Shown in pieces: positions 25,096 through 37,762 of a DNA stretch of 64,000 nt. Below the pieces are notes generated by a model. It was given only the letters and a program-made list of their open reading frames with translations, was not told where the DNA came from and searched no databases. The stretch's first letter is position 1. Each line of letters begins with the position of its first letter. The stretch is from Novakomyces olei (lineage: Eukaryota): NCBI GenBank assembly GCA_016906335.1, contig JADEYG010000009.1, positions 124,001 to 188,000 on the forward strand, read 5' to 3'. Position numbers and translations under genes: made by a program.

Positions 25096-26077
25096 TCAAT
25101 CTTTCTTGAGATCAAACAATTCGGTACGCACTCCGTCCTTTGTCGCAATCTTGAACTCGAGAAAATCGCCCACTTCAATATGCCGCTCTGCAGCTGCAGT
25201 GAATGCTGTACTCTTAGTTTTATACCATTATGACGCAGCCTTACCATCTCGAGTCAGACTTATTGCTCGTTCGAGCGACAACGGTACCCGTTTCCGTGGC
25301 TCTTGTCCGTTCGTACCGGGCACATACTGGTTCTTAAAAGCAACTTGGTTATCAAGAAATGGCATGACTAGACTAGAGGCGGCTCCAGTAGCACGTGTAA
25401 ACTCTCGTTCGTAGCTGCCGATAGGATCAAACGAGTATACGGCTCCAACACCTGATAAGTTAGACAAGAGTAATGATTTAGCCTCAGGGCAAGAGACACT
25501 CAAGCAAGGCGAATAGATTGGGGCGACACGATTTGTCATGTAAACGTGTGTAAAATAAACGGTGCCAGTTGAATCAACATGGCAATGCATTGGGCATTTA
25601 CAAGAAGCGTAAAGGGTGGCAAAAGCACGATGAAAGCAGTAGGCAAAGTATGAAATCAAGTACCATTCTCATCCAGTCCGCATACAATAACATATGCATA
25701 GTAAGGGAAGAACCGCTTTCTATACAACATGCCCTGGATCATTCTTGCGCAAGCAGCAACGGAAAGCTTTTTCCCGTGAGTGTGATGGTACCATTCGATC
25801 CGCTGACGAACACGCTTGACCATAGCCTTTGCATCGCCGTCACAGCCAGAGGCACCCATAATCAAATTGTCTCCAATATCGTAGACTTTTGGTACGTAAC
25901 GGCTATTTATACTGAACCCTGTGAGATGACGCGTATCTGCGGCGAGTAGAGCATAGTCATCACCAGAGATAGCCACGGTGGTTCCGCCATTCTACATAGA
26001 GTTAGCGACAATAATATTCGAATGCAAACACGACGCTGCACGAGTCTTACCTGCGTATACGGCGACCACTGACTCAT
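25096..26077 (-). CDS. PRE7: 20S proteasome subunit beta-6. Exons 26077-26051, 25991-25664, 25451-25245, 25205-25096
   Basis: [57 protein letters not shown]-terminal LKKD. Confidence 0.95.
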
Positions 26078-26896
26078 GATTGTGCTCGGTCAATCGGTCA
26101 CGGCTTTGTAGTGGCGTAATCTAAATCTATCTATTCACTGCAATATATGTTCACTATATATTCACTGTATATTCCCTATATATTCATTATCTCTACTGCT
26201 GCGCTGCTATATGTAAAAAGTATAATTCATATAGAATTATATCCCAAGTTCCACGATTATATAAATAAATGTACAAAGTTATGGAAAACACACGTTGCTT
26301 TGCGATACGTACAAGTATTCCCGTCGGGGACTGGACCCAAGAATATAAGGGTTAATAGTGGGCATTATTGATTTGGTCCATAATGCCGTTGCGCGAGCTA
26401 TCGCTTGCGGGGATAAAGTTGATGGTTGCCAGAATGGTTCTTCTGACACTCATTAGTCCGCGCACTTGACAACTTTTTCGTTTTTCTTGATAGCATTTGT
26501 ACTTTTATTATAAATGTTTTTCCCAATACTGTATGAACATGTACAACGCCCTTTATCCAAAGTGTACAAGGGTCAATTGGGCCTATTCGCCTATTTTGGG
26601 GGCACACGTGGTTGCCAAGGAGAGCAATTTCTAGAAATTTTTACATCTAATTCTTTTCCGTCTACATGGACGACTATTCGGAGAAGAGTCTTGCCAGCTC
26701 ATTCACGTACTGCCTTAAACAAGCATTGCGATTGTATATCTTGATCTTGGTCTACTTTAATCCAGTTCCCCGTAATGCTATTGGGCAGAGATATCGGACC
26801 CAACCCCAACAGGCCCCCACTTGGAGGCGATAAGGAGAAATCAAGCTATATAAGGCGAGATGAGGCGCCGCACGACTCGCTCTTAATACCACAATC

Positions 26897-28469
26897 ATGA
26901 CTGGTAAGCCGCGAATTAGCGGGCAAAGGCTTTGGAAAACCCTTCACGAAAGTTGCCAATGGGGCTGTACGCCAGATGGCGGTATGAACAGGCTGACACT
27001 GAATGCGGACGATAAAAAGGTGCGCGATTGGTTCTGTCGGGAGACAAAGGCGCTCGGATGTGATTTGACCGTAGACACGATGGGAAACATATTTGCAGTT
27101 TTTCCTGGCCAAGACAATTCGCTTCCACCAATTGCAATGGGTAGCCACCTTGACACTCAGCCAGCGGGAGGCCGATACGACGGCATTCTGGGTGTTAATG
27201 CCGGATTAGAAGTGCTTAAGACAATAAAGGAGAACAATATAAAGACTCTTGCTCCATTGGCCGTTATTGATTGGACGAATGAAGAAGGAGCCCGATTCAA
27301 GCGAATGACCTGTGCTAGTAGCGTGTGGGCCGGACACAGCAAGTTGCAAGACGCGTATGCCGAAATTTAAGAAAGAAAATACACTTTATTTCCGTCTAAT
27401 ATTATTAATAATCAATCGTACTAAATACATGCTAATGCCGATAGCTATGCTTTACAGGACGATGATGGAGACGTGTTTGAGAAGGAATTGGAAGCGATTG
27501 GATACAAGGGCAAGACTGAGTGCTCCCACCGTGCATTCCCACTATCTGCTCATTTTGAATTGCATATTGAACAGGGACCTGTGTTGGAGGAAGAAAAATT
27601 GCGAGTTGGCGTCGTTCAAGGCATTCAGAGCATGCGGTGAGATTTTATCGATTTATTTAATTTGGGTCTAAGCTAGTGTCTGTCAATACTAATGATAGCT
27701 GGTTTGAAGTCCACGTCTTTGGACGCGAGTGTCACGCTGGCACTACTCCCATGGATCGTCGACAGGATAGTCTTTTAGCCGCCGCAAAGATGATTATTGA
27801 GGTACATCGGCTGTCTCAAGAATTCAAGTCTGTAACGACAGTGGGCCAAATTGCGACGAAAACGAAATCACCGTAAGTTTATGCTTCGCCCGTAAAAAAT
27901 TTCGATTGTTTTAGATTTGGTCTTTTATTTTTCCACCGTTTATCTAACACGCGTAGAAATACGATCGCCGGCGAGGTGTTTTTTACTGTTGATTTGCGTC
28001 ATGTTGAAGACGACAAGCTGGAAGAAATGTGCAATTTGCTTCCAGAGCGCTTTAAAGCCGTGGCCGACGGTCAGCGCGTTGAGTTGAAGCAGACGTGGCA
28101 AGCTGATGCAATAAAGTTTAACATTGATGCAATTGGTCACGTGCGCGATGAGGCTACTGAATTGTTTGGAGCGGACCAGATTACTGCATTGACTTCAGGA
28201 GCAGGCCATGATAGTGGAAATACAGCTTTGCATTATCCTACTGCTATGATATTTGTACCTTCTCGTGGGGGTATTAGCCATAACCCTACAGAGTACACGA
28301 GCCAGGAACAGTGGTAAGTTTTGAGAGTTATTGGCTTTATTTAAGTTTATTTTATTTTCATTTGCAACCTGTTGCTAATTCTGCAAGCGCCGATGGGGCA
28401 GCCGTGCTCTTAGGTGCCGTACTGCGCTTTGACGAGAGCCTTCGTAAAACTAAAAGCGCAAGTGTATAA
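26897..28469 (+). CDS. M20-family N-carbamoyl-amino-acid amidohydrolase / beta-ureidopropionase (Pyd3-like). Exons 26897-27354, 27445-27636, 27699-27872, 27957-28313, 28388-28469
   Basis: GSHLDTQPAGGRYDGILGV, WTNEEGARF, HFELHIEQGP, HAGTTPM, SGAGHD, GGISHNP. Four introns restore a single frame. TATATAA at ~26847 and GATAA sites upstream. Confidence 0.88.
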
Positions 28470-28763
28470 AATCAATGGTAGTGAGAATTACTCGTACTTA
28501 AAGAATGGCTTTTGTGATTAAATTAACGAGATTCAATTATTGCCTTCTCATGGTCTTCATTGTGTAATTGACAATAGGAGAGTTAACCTTTATATCAAGA
28601 TTTCCAATATTCAATTTAAGATATATAAATAAATATATATATGTTTTATAACATTATTCACTATAAATAAATCAATATTATAATACCATTATTATATATA
28701 ATACACTGCGCAAGCAAATTAAAGCCATCATACGGCGACAAAGCGTAAACAAAGCTGAAAAAA

Positions 28764-29512
28764 ATGTCCTTGTGCCGGAATCGATTACAGGAAGAGCGGA
28801 AACAATGGCGCAAAGATCATCCTTTCGTAGGTGGCCTTTTTTCGCCTTTTTTTCTATCGTTTTTATTCGGTATTAACAATATATAGGGCTTCTTTGCACG
28901 GCCAAATAAAGCGGAAGACGGTTCGATGGATCTAATGAACTGGAGCGTAGGAATCCCTGGAAAGGCAAAGACACTATGGGAAGGCGGCCTTTACCGACTG
29001 ACAATCACATTTCCTGAAGGTAAGAGACTAGGCTAGCAACAAGAGAAGCACCGATTATAGGCAAGAATGGAACAGTGAGCAAGATCAATAAAGATCGTTA
29101 TAATAAGAGATCGATGATGAAAAAAGGCTATGAAAAATTAAAATAAAATTCGAAACGATTTGCAAATTTAAATGACGAGACTGACGAATATTTAGAGTAT
29201 CCAACAAAACCACCGCGCTGTAAGCAAACGCAAATGATACATGTCAACTAACAAAGTAAAGGCAGATTTACACCTCCACTATTTCATCCCAATGTTTATC
29301 CCTCGGGAACGGTTTGCCTGTCAATTCTTAATGAAGAAGAGGCATGGAAGCCGGCCATTACGATTAAGCAAATACTGCTCGGTATTCAGGATTTATTGGA
29401 TGACCCGAACCCAGAGAGTCCTGCACAGACTGAGGCATATCAAATGTTCAAACGAGATCGGCCAGCGTACGAGCTGCGAGTACGCAAGCAGGCCAAGGAA
29501 AATATGCCCTAA
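28764..29512 (+). CDS. UBC9: SUMO-conjugating enzyme E2. Exons 28764-28826, 28887-29019, 29196-29219, 29262-29512
   Basis: [67 protein letters not shown]. Confidence 0.97.
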
Positions 29513-29907
29513 TTGCGTAGAAGAGTGTTTGCGGTATTGGGTTTCTCTGGTGTTTCTAATAATATCCTTTAATTTATATGGTTGTGCACGCTTTATTTGA
29601 GGTACAGAATTACAAGAAAAGAATTCTTGAATTTGCATCGGCTATTATGGACAAATCGATATCGTAAGAGACGGATTCAAGGCAAAAGTTTGACTAAAAA
29701 AAATGAGCGCGACTGCCGATGGCTATACAGTAGAGCAGGCGGTTCCCATTTATTATACGTGTAGTTATTAGAGTGAACTTCGTCCACTACCCCCCAAACC
29801 TTGCAGATACCTGTTCATTAGTGAGACCGGGCATTGGCTACTAGTGCAAGTAAATATAGTAGAGCACTCACTTGCTCCCAACCTTGTCGTGAATGAATAA
29901 CCCCAAA

Positions 29908-30431
29908 TCATTCCTTTTCAGGGGCCGGCTCAACGTCTTCAGGAAGATCAAACGCTCTTCGAAGCCGTGAGAGTTCATCGATTTTACGCTTCGCAATTTC
30001 ATGTACTTTATGCGGTTTGATAGACTTTCCCGCTAGTCCCTCCTCATCGTCGTCGCCATCGCAATAAGGTGCTTCCTCCTCCTCCTTTAATCGCCGTAAC
30101 AGTTTCGACCGTAAAGCGTCGCATTTATCATCGATTTCGTCCTCGTTCAGAGTACCTTCTTCCTCTAATTTATCGCGGAGTTCCAGTACTCGCAAGTCCA
30201 CTTTTCGTTTACGTTCGTGCTCTAAAATAGACCGATCAGGCTGCCTTTGTGGTGCCTTTGGAGCTGTTGCATCTGCCGCCTGTTTTTCACGCGTATACGG
30301 TTCTGGTCTTTTCCTGATATGCGATAAATTTCGTTGCACATACCTCACACGTCAGTCACGATACAGTATAAATCTTACCCGTTTGTGCCGGAGCCGCGCG
30401 GTGTTGAAAGGCCGATACCGTTGTACGACAT
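29908..30431 (-). CDS. CWC21: Pre-mRNA splicing factor Cwc21/Cwf21. Exons 30431-30379, 30343-29908
   Basis: [47 protein letters not shown]. Confidence 0.94.
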
Positions 30432-30799
30432 GGCGAATGCTATTCACCAATACTACGAGGACTCTTTTTACCCAATACCAAATAGTCAATATACATTAAA
30501 ATCTAATTAAACGAAAACTGAGTAACCGACGCTGGCGATAAGTGCGTAATATATGATATAAATGGGCATTTAGATAATAATATTGCCAATACAACAATAT
30601 ACAGACAAATACAAATTATAGATTACAAAAAAAGTGATAAATACATCGTAAATACAAAATATATGGTAATACAAAATATATGGTAAATACAAAATATATG
30701 ATAAACACTCCAGATAATATTTATAATATTTGAAGCACACTTTGTTGACGCGACCGTATAAACACACGTGCATATACGCACGAAACGCTCGGCAAGCTG

Positions 30800-33700
30800 A
30801 TGGGTATTCCGGGATTATGGGAGGAGCTTTACAAGGCAACTGATCGTATATGTAAGGGCAACCGGGAACTTGTGCCGTTCTCTATTTACTGACTTTGGCT
30901 CAGCGTTGGAACGGTTTGCTGCTGAAAAGTACGGTTCAACTGCGCGAGCAGGCGAAGCACGACAACTTCGTGTTGCTATTGACCTTTCAATATGGTCCTT
31001 TCAAGTTCAGGCAGCGCCTGGAGGCGCGTAAGTACTGATGCTCTATTCTATCATCTGCACCACTCGTCTGTTTTTCAAAGTCGATCGACTGTTTAGTCTT
31101 GTCTACGATTTGCCTGCTGTGATTACTATTGAACTAGTAATTGTTATTTGTCCTTGAACAGATTTTCCATTCCTCTTGTTTAATCAAATATTTTCAATTT
31201 TTTTTTCAATTTTTGTTTAATTTAATTAATTAATTTATTTATTTAAATGTTTTTTCCTTTTTTGTGTCAGAGTCTTACACTCTCTAGAAATCCCTCGGTG
31301 CGAACATTTTACTATAGGCTTTGCAGGCTACTTGGGATCGGTATCCGACCGATTTTCGTGCTAGACGGACCGGAGAGACCGGCATTTAAGCGCGATAAGC
31401 ACGTTGATGTCGAGCCGCTCTTACAGGACGTTGCCCTGCTCTGCAAGCTTATTGATAGCTTTGGCCTTGATATATGGCAGGCGCCAGGTGAGGCCGAGGC
31501 TGAGTGCGCCATGCTACAGCGCCAGGGCCTGGTTGACCTTGTAATGACGGAAGACGTGGATGCTTTAATGTTTGGAGCTACTCATGTTATTCGTAATTGG
31601 GGAGGCATTGAAAAGCTTCCAAAAGGTGTGGCTGGTGATGGAGCAGGAAGCACGAATAGTACTTCTCTCCCGCCCACTCACGTTCAATCGTATGAGGCAG
31701 TTGACGTGCAAAACTTTACAAAAATCAGCCCTAGAGGAATGATTTTGATTGCTTTAATGAGTGGCGGCGATTACATAACTGCAGGGCTAACCCACTGTGG
31801 AATAAAGACGGCTATTGCCGCTGCCCGTGCTGGATTTGGTGAGAAATTGTGTGAGGCCGTCGAAAGAGGCACTTTGGACGAATGGAGGCAGACTTTGTTG
31901 GAAGAATTGCACGAAAATAAATCTAAATTTTTTAACGCCCGACATGCTGCTATAACATTTGCACAAGATTTTCCATCGCTCGAAATTTTAAACAATTATG
32001 TTTCACCCATAATTTCGTCCCCCGAGACGCTAGTTATAAAAAGCCAGGTCTTGAACTGGACGCGGCCCATACAACAAGATGCGTTACGAATGTTTTGCTA
32101 TGAGACTTTCAAATGGACCGGTCTCTCTGGCGACAAGAAGATGCTGAGGACTATTGCGCCAGCTCTAGTTCATCAATATTTGTGTGGGCTGAGCAGCCAA
32201 GAGCCAAAGGTGGCTTTGCCTCGTGCGTTAACAATTGATAAGACACACAACACCGGGCTGATCAATGAGTATTTTCGTACTACTAGAGAGCCCACGGCGA
32301 GTGGCGTCTCTGCTTCAGATGGGAAGGATGAAGCTTCGGCTTCTTTTGTTTTTGATATTGCTCCAATATCGCGTTTGCATAAATCAACTGATTCGAGGGT
32401 CAATCAAGTGCGATTATTTTATATTCCCAAACAATTTCGACGATTTGCTGACGGCCCACTTGAGCCGCCTGTAGAACAAGATGAGAATTTATACGAGGGA
32501 GACGACGCCAATGCAGAGGCCAACACAGAGACTTATCTAGAGACTCATCTAGAGACTAATCTAGAGGCAAACGCTGAAACCGCTAATTTAAAAGAGCCTA
32601 GATTAGAGGATGAAGATTCCGGGGAAAGTGGAGCAGAAAACGGCGAAGATATTAAAGACGAAATTCTTGCCGAGCCTTCAAAGCGATGGCGGATCAGTCG
32701 GTTTAATGCAGAAGCTCTAAACCGTTTGTGGGTATGTGAGCCTTTTATTCAATTTGGAAAATCGGCATCGCTCTTTCGGCAATGGAAGCAAAAACAACCA
32801 CAGCTTTCGCCCTCGAAAAAGAAGCCAATTATGCAATTTGGGGCTCTAGAACGGTTTTTGACAGATAAGCAAGGTGGAGAGCAAATGCAACAGTCTTTGA
32901 AGAATACTAGCACAAGCAAAATAAATCAATCGCCACCCAAAATGCAGACTTTGACATCCAAATCGAATGACCAAAGCGTCAACCAGGGCCAACGTTGGCC
33001 TCCTGGTAAAAGCAATAATATTCGGCATAAAGACAGCAGGCCTGCAAAGACCAAATATACAAATAAGAAGAGTGCAGTAGTAACAGGCAAAGGACCTAAA
33101 GCTTTAGCAGCAAATTCTAACCTCAAAGACGATGCAAAGCTATCAAATCCTTGGTCAATTGCTTCGCGCGGAACTGTGCAGTTAAAACCGCAAAGCAAAG
33201 CTTCCCTTCGAATTTCAGAAGGGGAAAAGAAAAACATCAAGTTTGGAGAACGATTGTTTATAGCAGACAGCAACGACGAAGAAGAGGGCGACAGTATTAG
33301 CTTGATTTCTTCACTGTCCAGTCCTTCACGGAAACGTCAGCTTTCCCCAGAAGCGTTTGCCAATTCATATTCAGCTTGTGTTGCAGAATTGCCCAAGGTG
33401 ATTGAAGACGGGCGTGAAGAAAAACATGTGGTCGTATTGAAATTTGCGGACAAGGGGAGTGCTCTCGGATGGAAAGCTCAGTCAAAAGACAAAACAGATG
33501 AGCAGAAAGATGAAATAGAGGTTGGCGAGGAACAGGAAGCAAAAGGAGAAGATAATGCCGGAAGAAAAGAAAAAGACAAAGAAAAGGAGAAGGAAAAAAT
33601 TGAACAAAACGACAAAGACGAAGATGAAGACGAAGATGAAGACGAAGATGAAGACGAAGACGATCTTCCTACGCTCCAAGATGTTTTGCTAAATGCAAGC

Positions 33701-33802
33701 CGGCCAAAGCAAGACCAAATTTATTCTTCTCCTGTTGAGGTATCGCCTCTTTCCGATCGAACTCTCATTTCATCGTGTCCCGTTAGCTCGGGAAGGTCTT
33801 GA
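30800..33802 (+). CDS. YEN1: XPG/Rad2-family Holliday-junction resolvase (Yen1/Gen1). Exons 30800-30851, 30904-31027, 31288-33802
   Basis: MGIPGLWEEL, VAIDLSIWSFQ, NPSVRTFYYRL, FVLDG, APGEAEAECA, TEDVDALMFGA, LMSGGDY; long disordered acidic tail. Confidence 0.88.
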
Positions 33803-34391
33803 AGACACAGCATATTTCTGTACAAAGGGTATTTTATACATTATTGGCGTATGGGTGTTTGAATGCTAATATATTTTTTTAAGTTTCATTTTAGTTTTCT
33901 GTCGCTTTTACACTTTTTAATATTTGTACTATATTTTGCATGCATATAATAATTCCTATTCTTAATTTACTCGTAATTTCAACATCAATGTAAAGAGCAG
34001 ATCGTATTATTATCTTCATTTTTGTACATTGTACAAGGGACATCAACAAGCATCAACTATTTATTCATCAGAGGTCATGATAATAAGGTCATTTAAGAAG
34101 AGACAGGAGTATATAGAAAAGACAAGGAGTAAAGATAAGATAAAGATATGGTTGAAATCACGAGAATATTAAAAGAGTAAAGGAAGGAAAAAATGTTTAT
34201 TGAAAGAAAAAATTATCATTAAAATAATGATAAACATAATAGAATAATTAATAATGAAATAAATAATGAAATAAATAAGAAAATTGATTAGAAAAAGCGA
34301 AGATTGAAAGCCTGATTGAATACTGAGGAAATGGCATAATCAAGCCGGACGATCGTCAGAATTTAGGGCGTGCCTTGACCATCCAAAGCAT

Positions 34392-37070
34392 TTATCGAAA
34401 AATAAAGCTTCTACGCTTGCCCGCGGCATTGCCCGCAGCAGAGCCGTTGGCAGGTGCAGGCACCGATGTCTTTATAACCTTCTCTGGCTCTGTCCCTGCA
34501 GGCACAGCGAGTCCACGTTCGTGGGTGGCATTTTCCAGGACAGAGACCCAATGTTGAGCGTGATGAGCTGGATCTTCAAATTCGATAGTGCGATTATCAT
34601 AACCAAAGAGCCAGGTTTTTGTACTCGCGCTGTCTTGAACGATTTTGCTTGATTTTATGCCAATCGGCAACTCTTCCACTATTTCTGCCCGGCCTTCTTT
34701 ATCCTTTTTAACAAACACGACTCGGCCAAGGCTTGTGGCCATCAGAGTCCGGGTTTTGCGTCGACTGAAAAGCTTCCCGAGCCTTGCCTTGCTATTGCTC
34801 GTGCTTATCTCATCAATAGGCGAATTATATATCCAAATGTTAACTGTGCCTATTTTCAGCACACGTTCTCTCGGCCCAAGAATCGAGCCCCAAAGCAATT
34901 CGTCGTTTGTTAGTGAATCTGGGAAAGAATCTTGTGCTTCTGCTCCGTTTGCTGATGTGTCTTTTATGCTTGTTGCAGAAGCATTTTCTCCAGAATCTGC
35001 AGAGGTAAAATGGCCTAGCTGACTAGGTTCATGCTGGATCCTCTGGCCAGGGTTAGGGCTTTGACCGACGTTATCAGGGTTATGATCAGAATTAAATTTA
35101 GGGTCAGGGTTTACGTTTTCCGGGCCTGACTCTGTCGCTGGTTGTGAGGATGCTGAAGTAGGAAAAATAGCAGTTGCATTAGCATTAGCAGTTGCTGCTG
35201 CTGCTGCTTTTGCAGCTGTATGTGATGGCTTTTCTCCCCTTAAAGTGGGGACCGATTCTTTAGACGGCCTTTCTCTTCCTTCTCCATTGTGATCAGGTAA
35301 ATTCCCTCCCGTCTGGACTCCAGTTTGATGATGATTAGTATTCACATTAGGATGAGAGGCAGTTCGATTGTGAAACTGACGAAAGTGTGCCAGCCTGTGC
35401 CTATGATTTTCTCCATTTACAAAACTAGATTCATCATTCGGCAAAGGCGGGGAATGAGTAGAACCTGAAGCTGAAGACTGGGCAGCAGAGGCCGAGGACT
35501 GATTGGAAGTTGGAGTAAAAGACGGCTTACTACCATCTAAAGGCGACAGACCAGGAGCAGAAGATTGCCGATTGAAAGCAAGGCTCGCAGCTGACGCAGC
35601 AGCTGCAGTTTCTGGTCGACGGGGCCGAATTCGCGGAGCCGGGATCGTCCAGAGAGTTGGTCCCCAGGTGATATTGCGGAAAAACGGATGCTGCTTTATC
35701 TGTGGAATTGTGAGTCTCTTGGCAGGATCGAGAACAAGGATCTTTTGCACTAGATCCATTGCTGCAGGTGGGAATCCAAGCGGAAAAGTGAAATCAAGAT
35801 GGATAATCTTTTGAAACGTTTGATACTCGTTTGAGGCCTTGAAGGGTGGCCTTCCTGCTAAAAGCTGATAGACGATACAGCCAAAGGCCCATATATCAGA
35901 CGCCTTGCAAGCTGATTTATCAGTTAAGAGCTCAGGAGAAACGTATTCCGCAGTGCCAACAAACGATTTTGCACGTTCTGATTTGCTAGAGTCGCTTGAA
36001 TTTGCCTGAGAGCTGGCATCGTTGTCGCCGGCACCGGGCCCCGAGGATGTGCCTGGCGACAGGGGCAGTAATTTAGCTGTTCCAAAGTCGGCAATTTTAA
36101 TCCGGAGTTTAGAATCGAGGAGGACATTTTCCGGTTTTAGATCTCGGTGGATAACTCCACGAGAGTGCATGTACTCAATTGCCTCAAGGATTTGGGCAGC
36201 ATAGTACTGTGTGCTATACTCATCAAACGTAGACATCTTTTTCAAGTACCCCAATAGTTCGCCATTGGCAGCGAGATCAAGCACGAAATAAAGGCGTCTC
36301 TCGTCCTGAAAAGTGCAGTAAAGCCGTAGTATCCCAGGGTGGTCGGTAAGCCGGTTAAAAGTATCCTTTTCAATGTTGACATACTTCACCTTCTTTTCCT
36401 TTATAATATGCCGTTTATCCAAGATTTTTATAGCAAACTCTCTCAAGTTTTGCCGGTCTGTAGCCAGTACAACGGTAGAGTATGAGCCTTCGCCTAATGT
36501 GCGACCAAAATCAAAATCTTGCACTCCCTTTTTAACAGTTTTCCCTCTGCTCGAAGCCGAGAGCGCCGACTTTGCCGGCTTTCGGCTTTTAGGCTCTGCT
36601 GTAGCCGCTGCCGAAGCGGAACCAAGGCCGACGCTGTTATATGTATTTATATTAGAACTTGACACTTGAGGGGCACTAGCCGCAGAGCCAATGACGGGCG
36701 TCTGTGCTCCGCTTGCTTCTCGCATAGTCCCCGACGCGGAAGGCAGAGCCGAAGAATGATCACTGCCTTCACTGTTCCGGGGCTCCATAAACGTCCGATC
36801 ATGGTGCGGTCCTTTAGCCAATGCACTGCGGGCATTTGCGCCTAACTCTGAAGAGTCAGGCTCCGGCGGAGGCTCTTCCGCAGGATCGTAAAAGTCAACA
36901 GAGTCCTCGACGCCGGTACGGGAATCGCGCCGTACAAGTCCGAGAGGCGAAACATGCTTACTTTCTCCTCGTTCGCTGGACGAAGGTTTTGACAATGAAT
37001 TGATTGAGCCGTTGTAAAGATCTGGCGGCAGTGCTGCAGTTACCGAGCCTGCGCCTTGGGCTGTACCCAT
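34392..37070 (-). CDS. PKH1: PDK1-like AGC kinase (Pkh1/2, Ksg1) with C-terminal PH-like domain
   Basis: LGEGSYSTV, KRHIIKEKKVKYVNIEK, HRDLKPEN, DFGTAK, SFVGTAEYVSPELL. Confidence 0.93.
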   Translation of the reverse strand: MGTAQGAGSVTAALPPDLYNGSINSLSKPSSSERGESKHVSPLGLVRRDSRTGVEDSVDFYDPAEEPPPEPDSSELGANARSALAKGPHHDRTFMEPRNSEGSDHSSALPSASGTMREASGAQTPVIGSAASAPQVSSSNINTYNSVGLGSASAAATAEPKSRKPAKSALSASSRGKTVKKGVQDFDFGRTLGEGSYSTVVLATDRQNLREFAIKILDKRHIIKEKKVKYVNIEKDTFNRLTDHPGILRLYCTFQDERRLYFVLDLAANGELLGYLKKMSTFDEYSTQYYAAQILEAIEYMHSRGVIHRDLKPENVLLDSKLRIKIADFGTAKLLPLSPGTSSGPGAGDNDASSQANSSDSSKSERAKSFVGTAEYVSPELLTDKSACKASDIWAFGCIVYQLLAGRPPFKASNEYQTFQKIIHLDFTFPLGFPPAAMDLVQKILVLDPAKRLTIPQIKQHPFFRNITWGPTLWTIPAPRIRPRRPETAAAASAASLAFNRQSSAPGLSPLDGSKPSFTPTSNQSSASAAQSSASGSTHSPPLPNDESSFVNGENHRHRLAHFRQFHNRTASHPNVNTNHHQTGVQTGGNLPDHNGEGRERPSKESVPTLRGEKPSHTAAKAAAAATANANATAIFPTSASSQPATESGPENVNPDPKFNSDHNPDNVGQSPNPGQRIQHEPSQLGHFTSADSGENASATSIKDTSANGAEAQDSFPDSLTNDELLWGSILGPRERVLKIGTVNIWIYNSPIDEISTSNSKARLGKLFSRRKTRTLMATSLGRVVFVKKDKEGRAEIVEELPIGIKSSKIVQDSASTKTWLFGYDNRTIEFEDPAHHAQHWVSVLENATHERGLAVPAGTEPEKVIKTSVPAPANGSAAGNAAGKRRSFIFR

Positions 37071-37762
37071 TTCATTTGAGGAAGCTCACTAGCGGGTAAA
37101 GGACGGTAACGCTAGTATGATATAATTCACGATGTACGAATATACAAATATATTATAAATACATATATATAAATATACATATAAAATTAATATAAATATA
37201 AAATTAATATAGATATAAATATAAACATAATAATAATATTATTATTACTATTATTGAGTGTATGGTCGGGCTGTAAACAAAATGGATTATTGGTTATTAA
37301 TATCTTATTTTATTTTATTTTATCTATCAGTGATCCGTGAAATGAATCATTTGGCAATCCGCCCGGCTCATTTGACCATGAATGCTTCGCTACTATACTT
37401 CATTAATAGCTGAACCAAAGGTCGACGCAACACCAATATTATGCATATGGAGATGTAGCGACAAAGGCAACGGGAGCTAAAGATATCATTAATATTAAAT
37501 TGCCCACTAACCAGTGCCGAGCTGATAAAAGCCGCTCGCAACAAATAAATTGAATTTATAAGCTTAGCCGGCAACCCTTGTGCTGGCGATTCGACCCAGA
37601 ACTGGGCATTTTTTGTTTGTAGCCGTCGATTGTCTCTTTGGATAATTATGGTGTCATTATAAAACGAAAAAGTCTGCCGTATTATTAGGCTTAGTGAAAC
37701 CTGCCCCTCGTGGTTATGCTGTCAAAAGCATACAAATAAAGACTGAAAAACAGCCATAATCC

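Noticed and set aside
27355-27444. Apparent premature stops or frameshifts in the M20 hydrolase (pseudogene?)
   Set aside because: All resolved by canonical introns.
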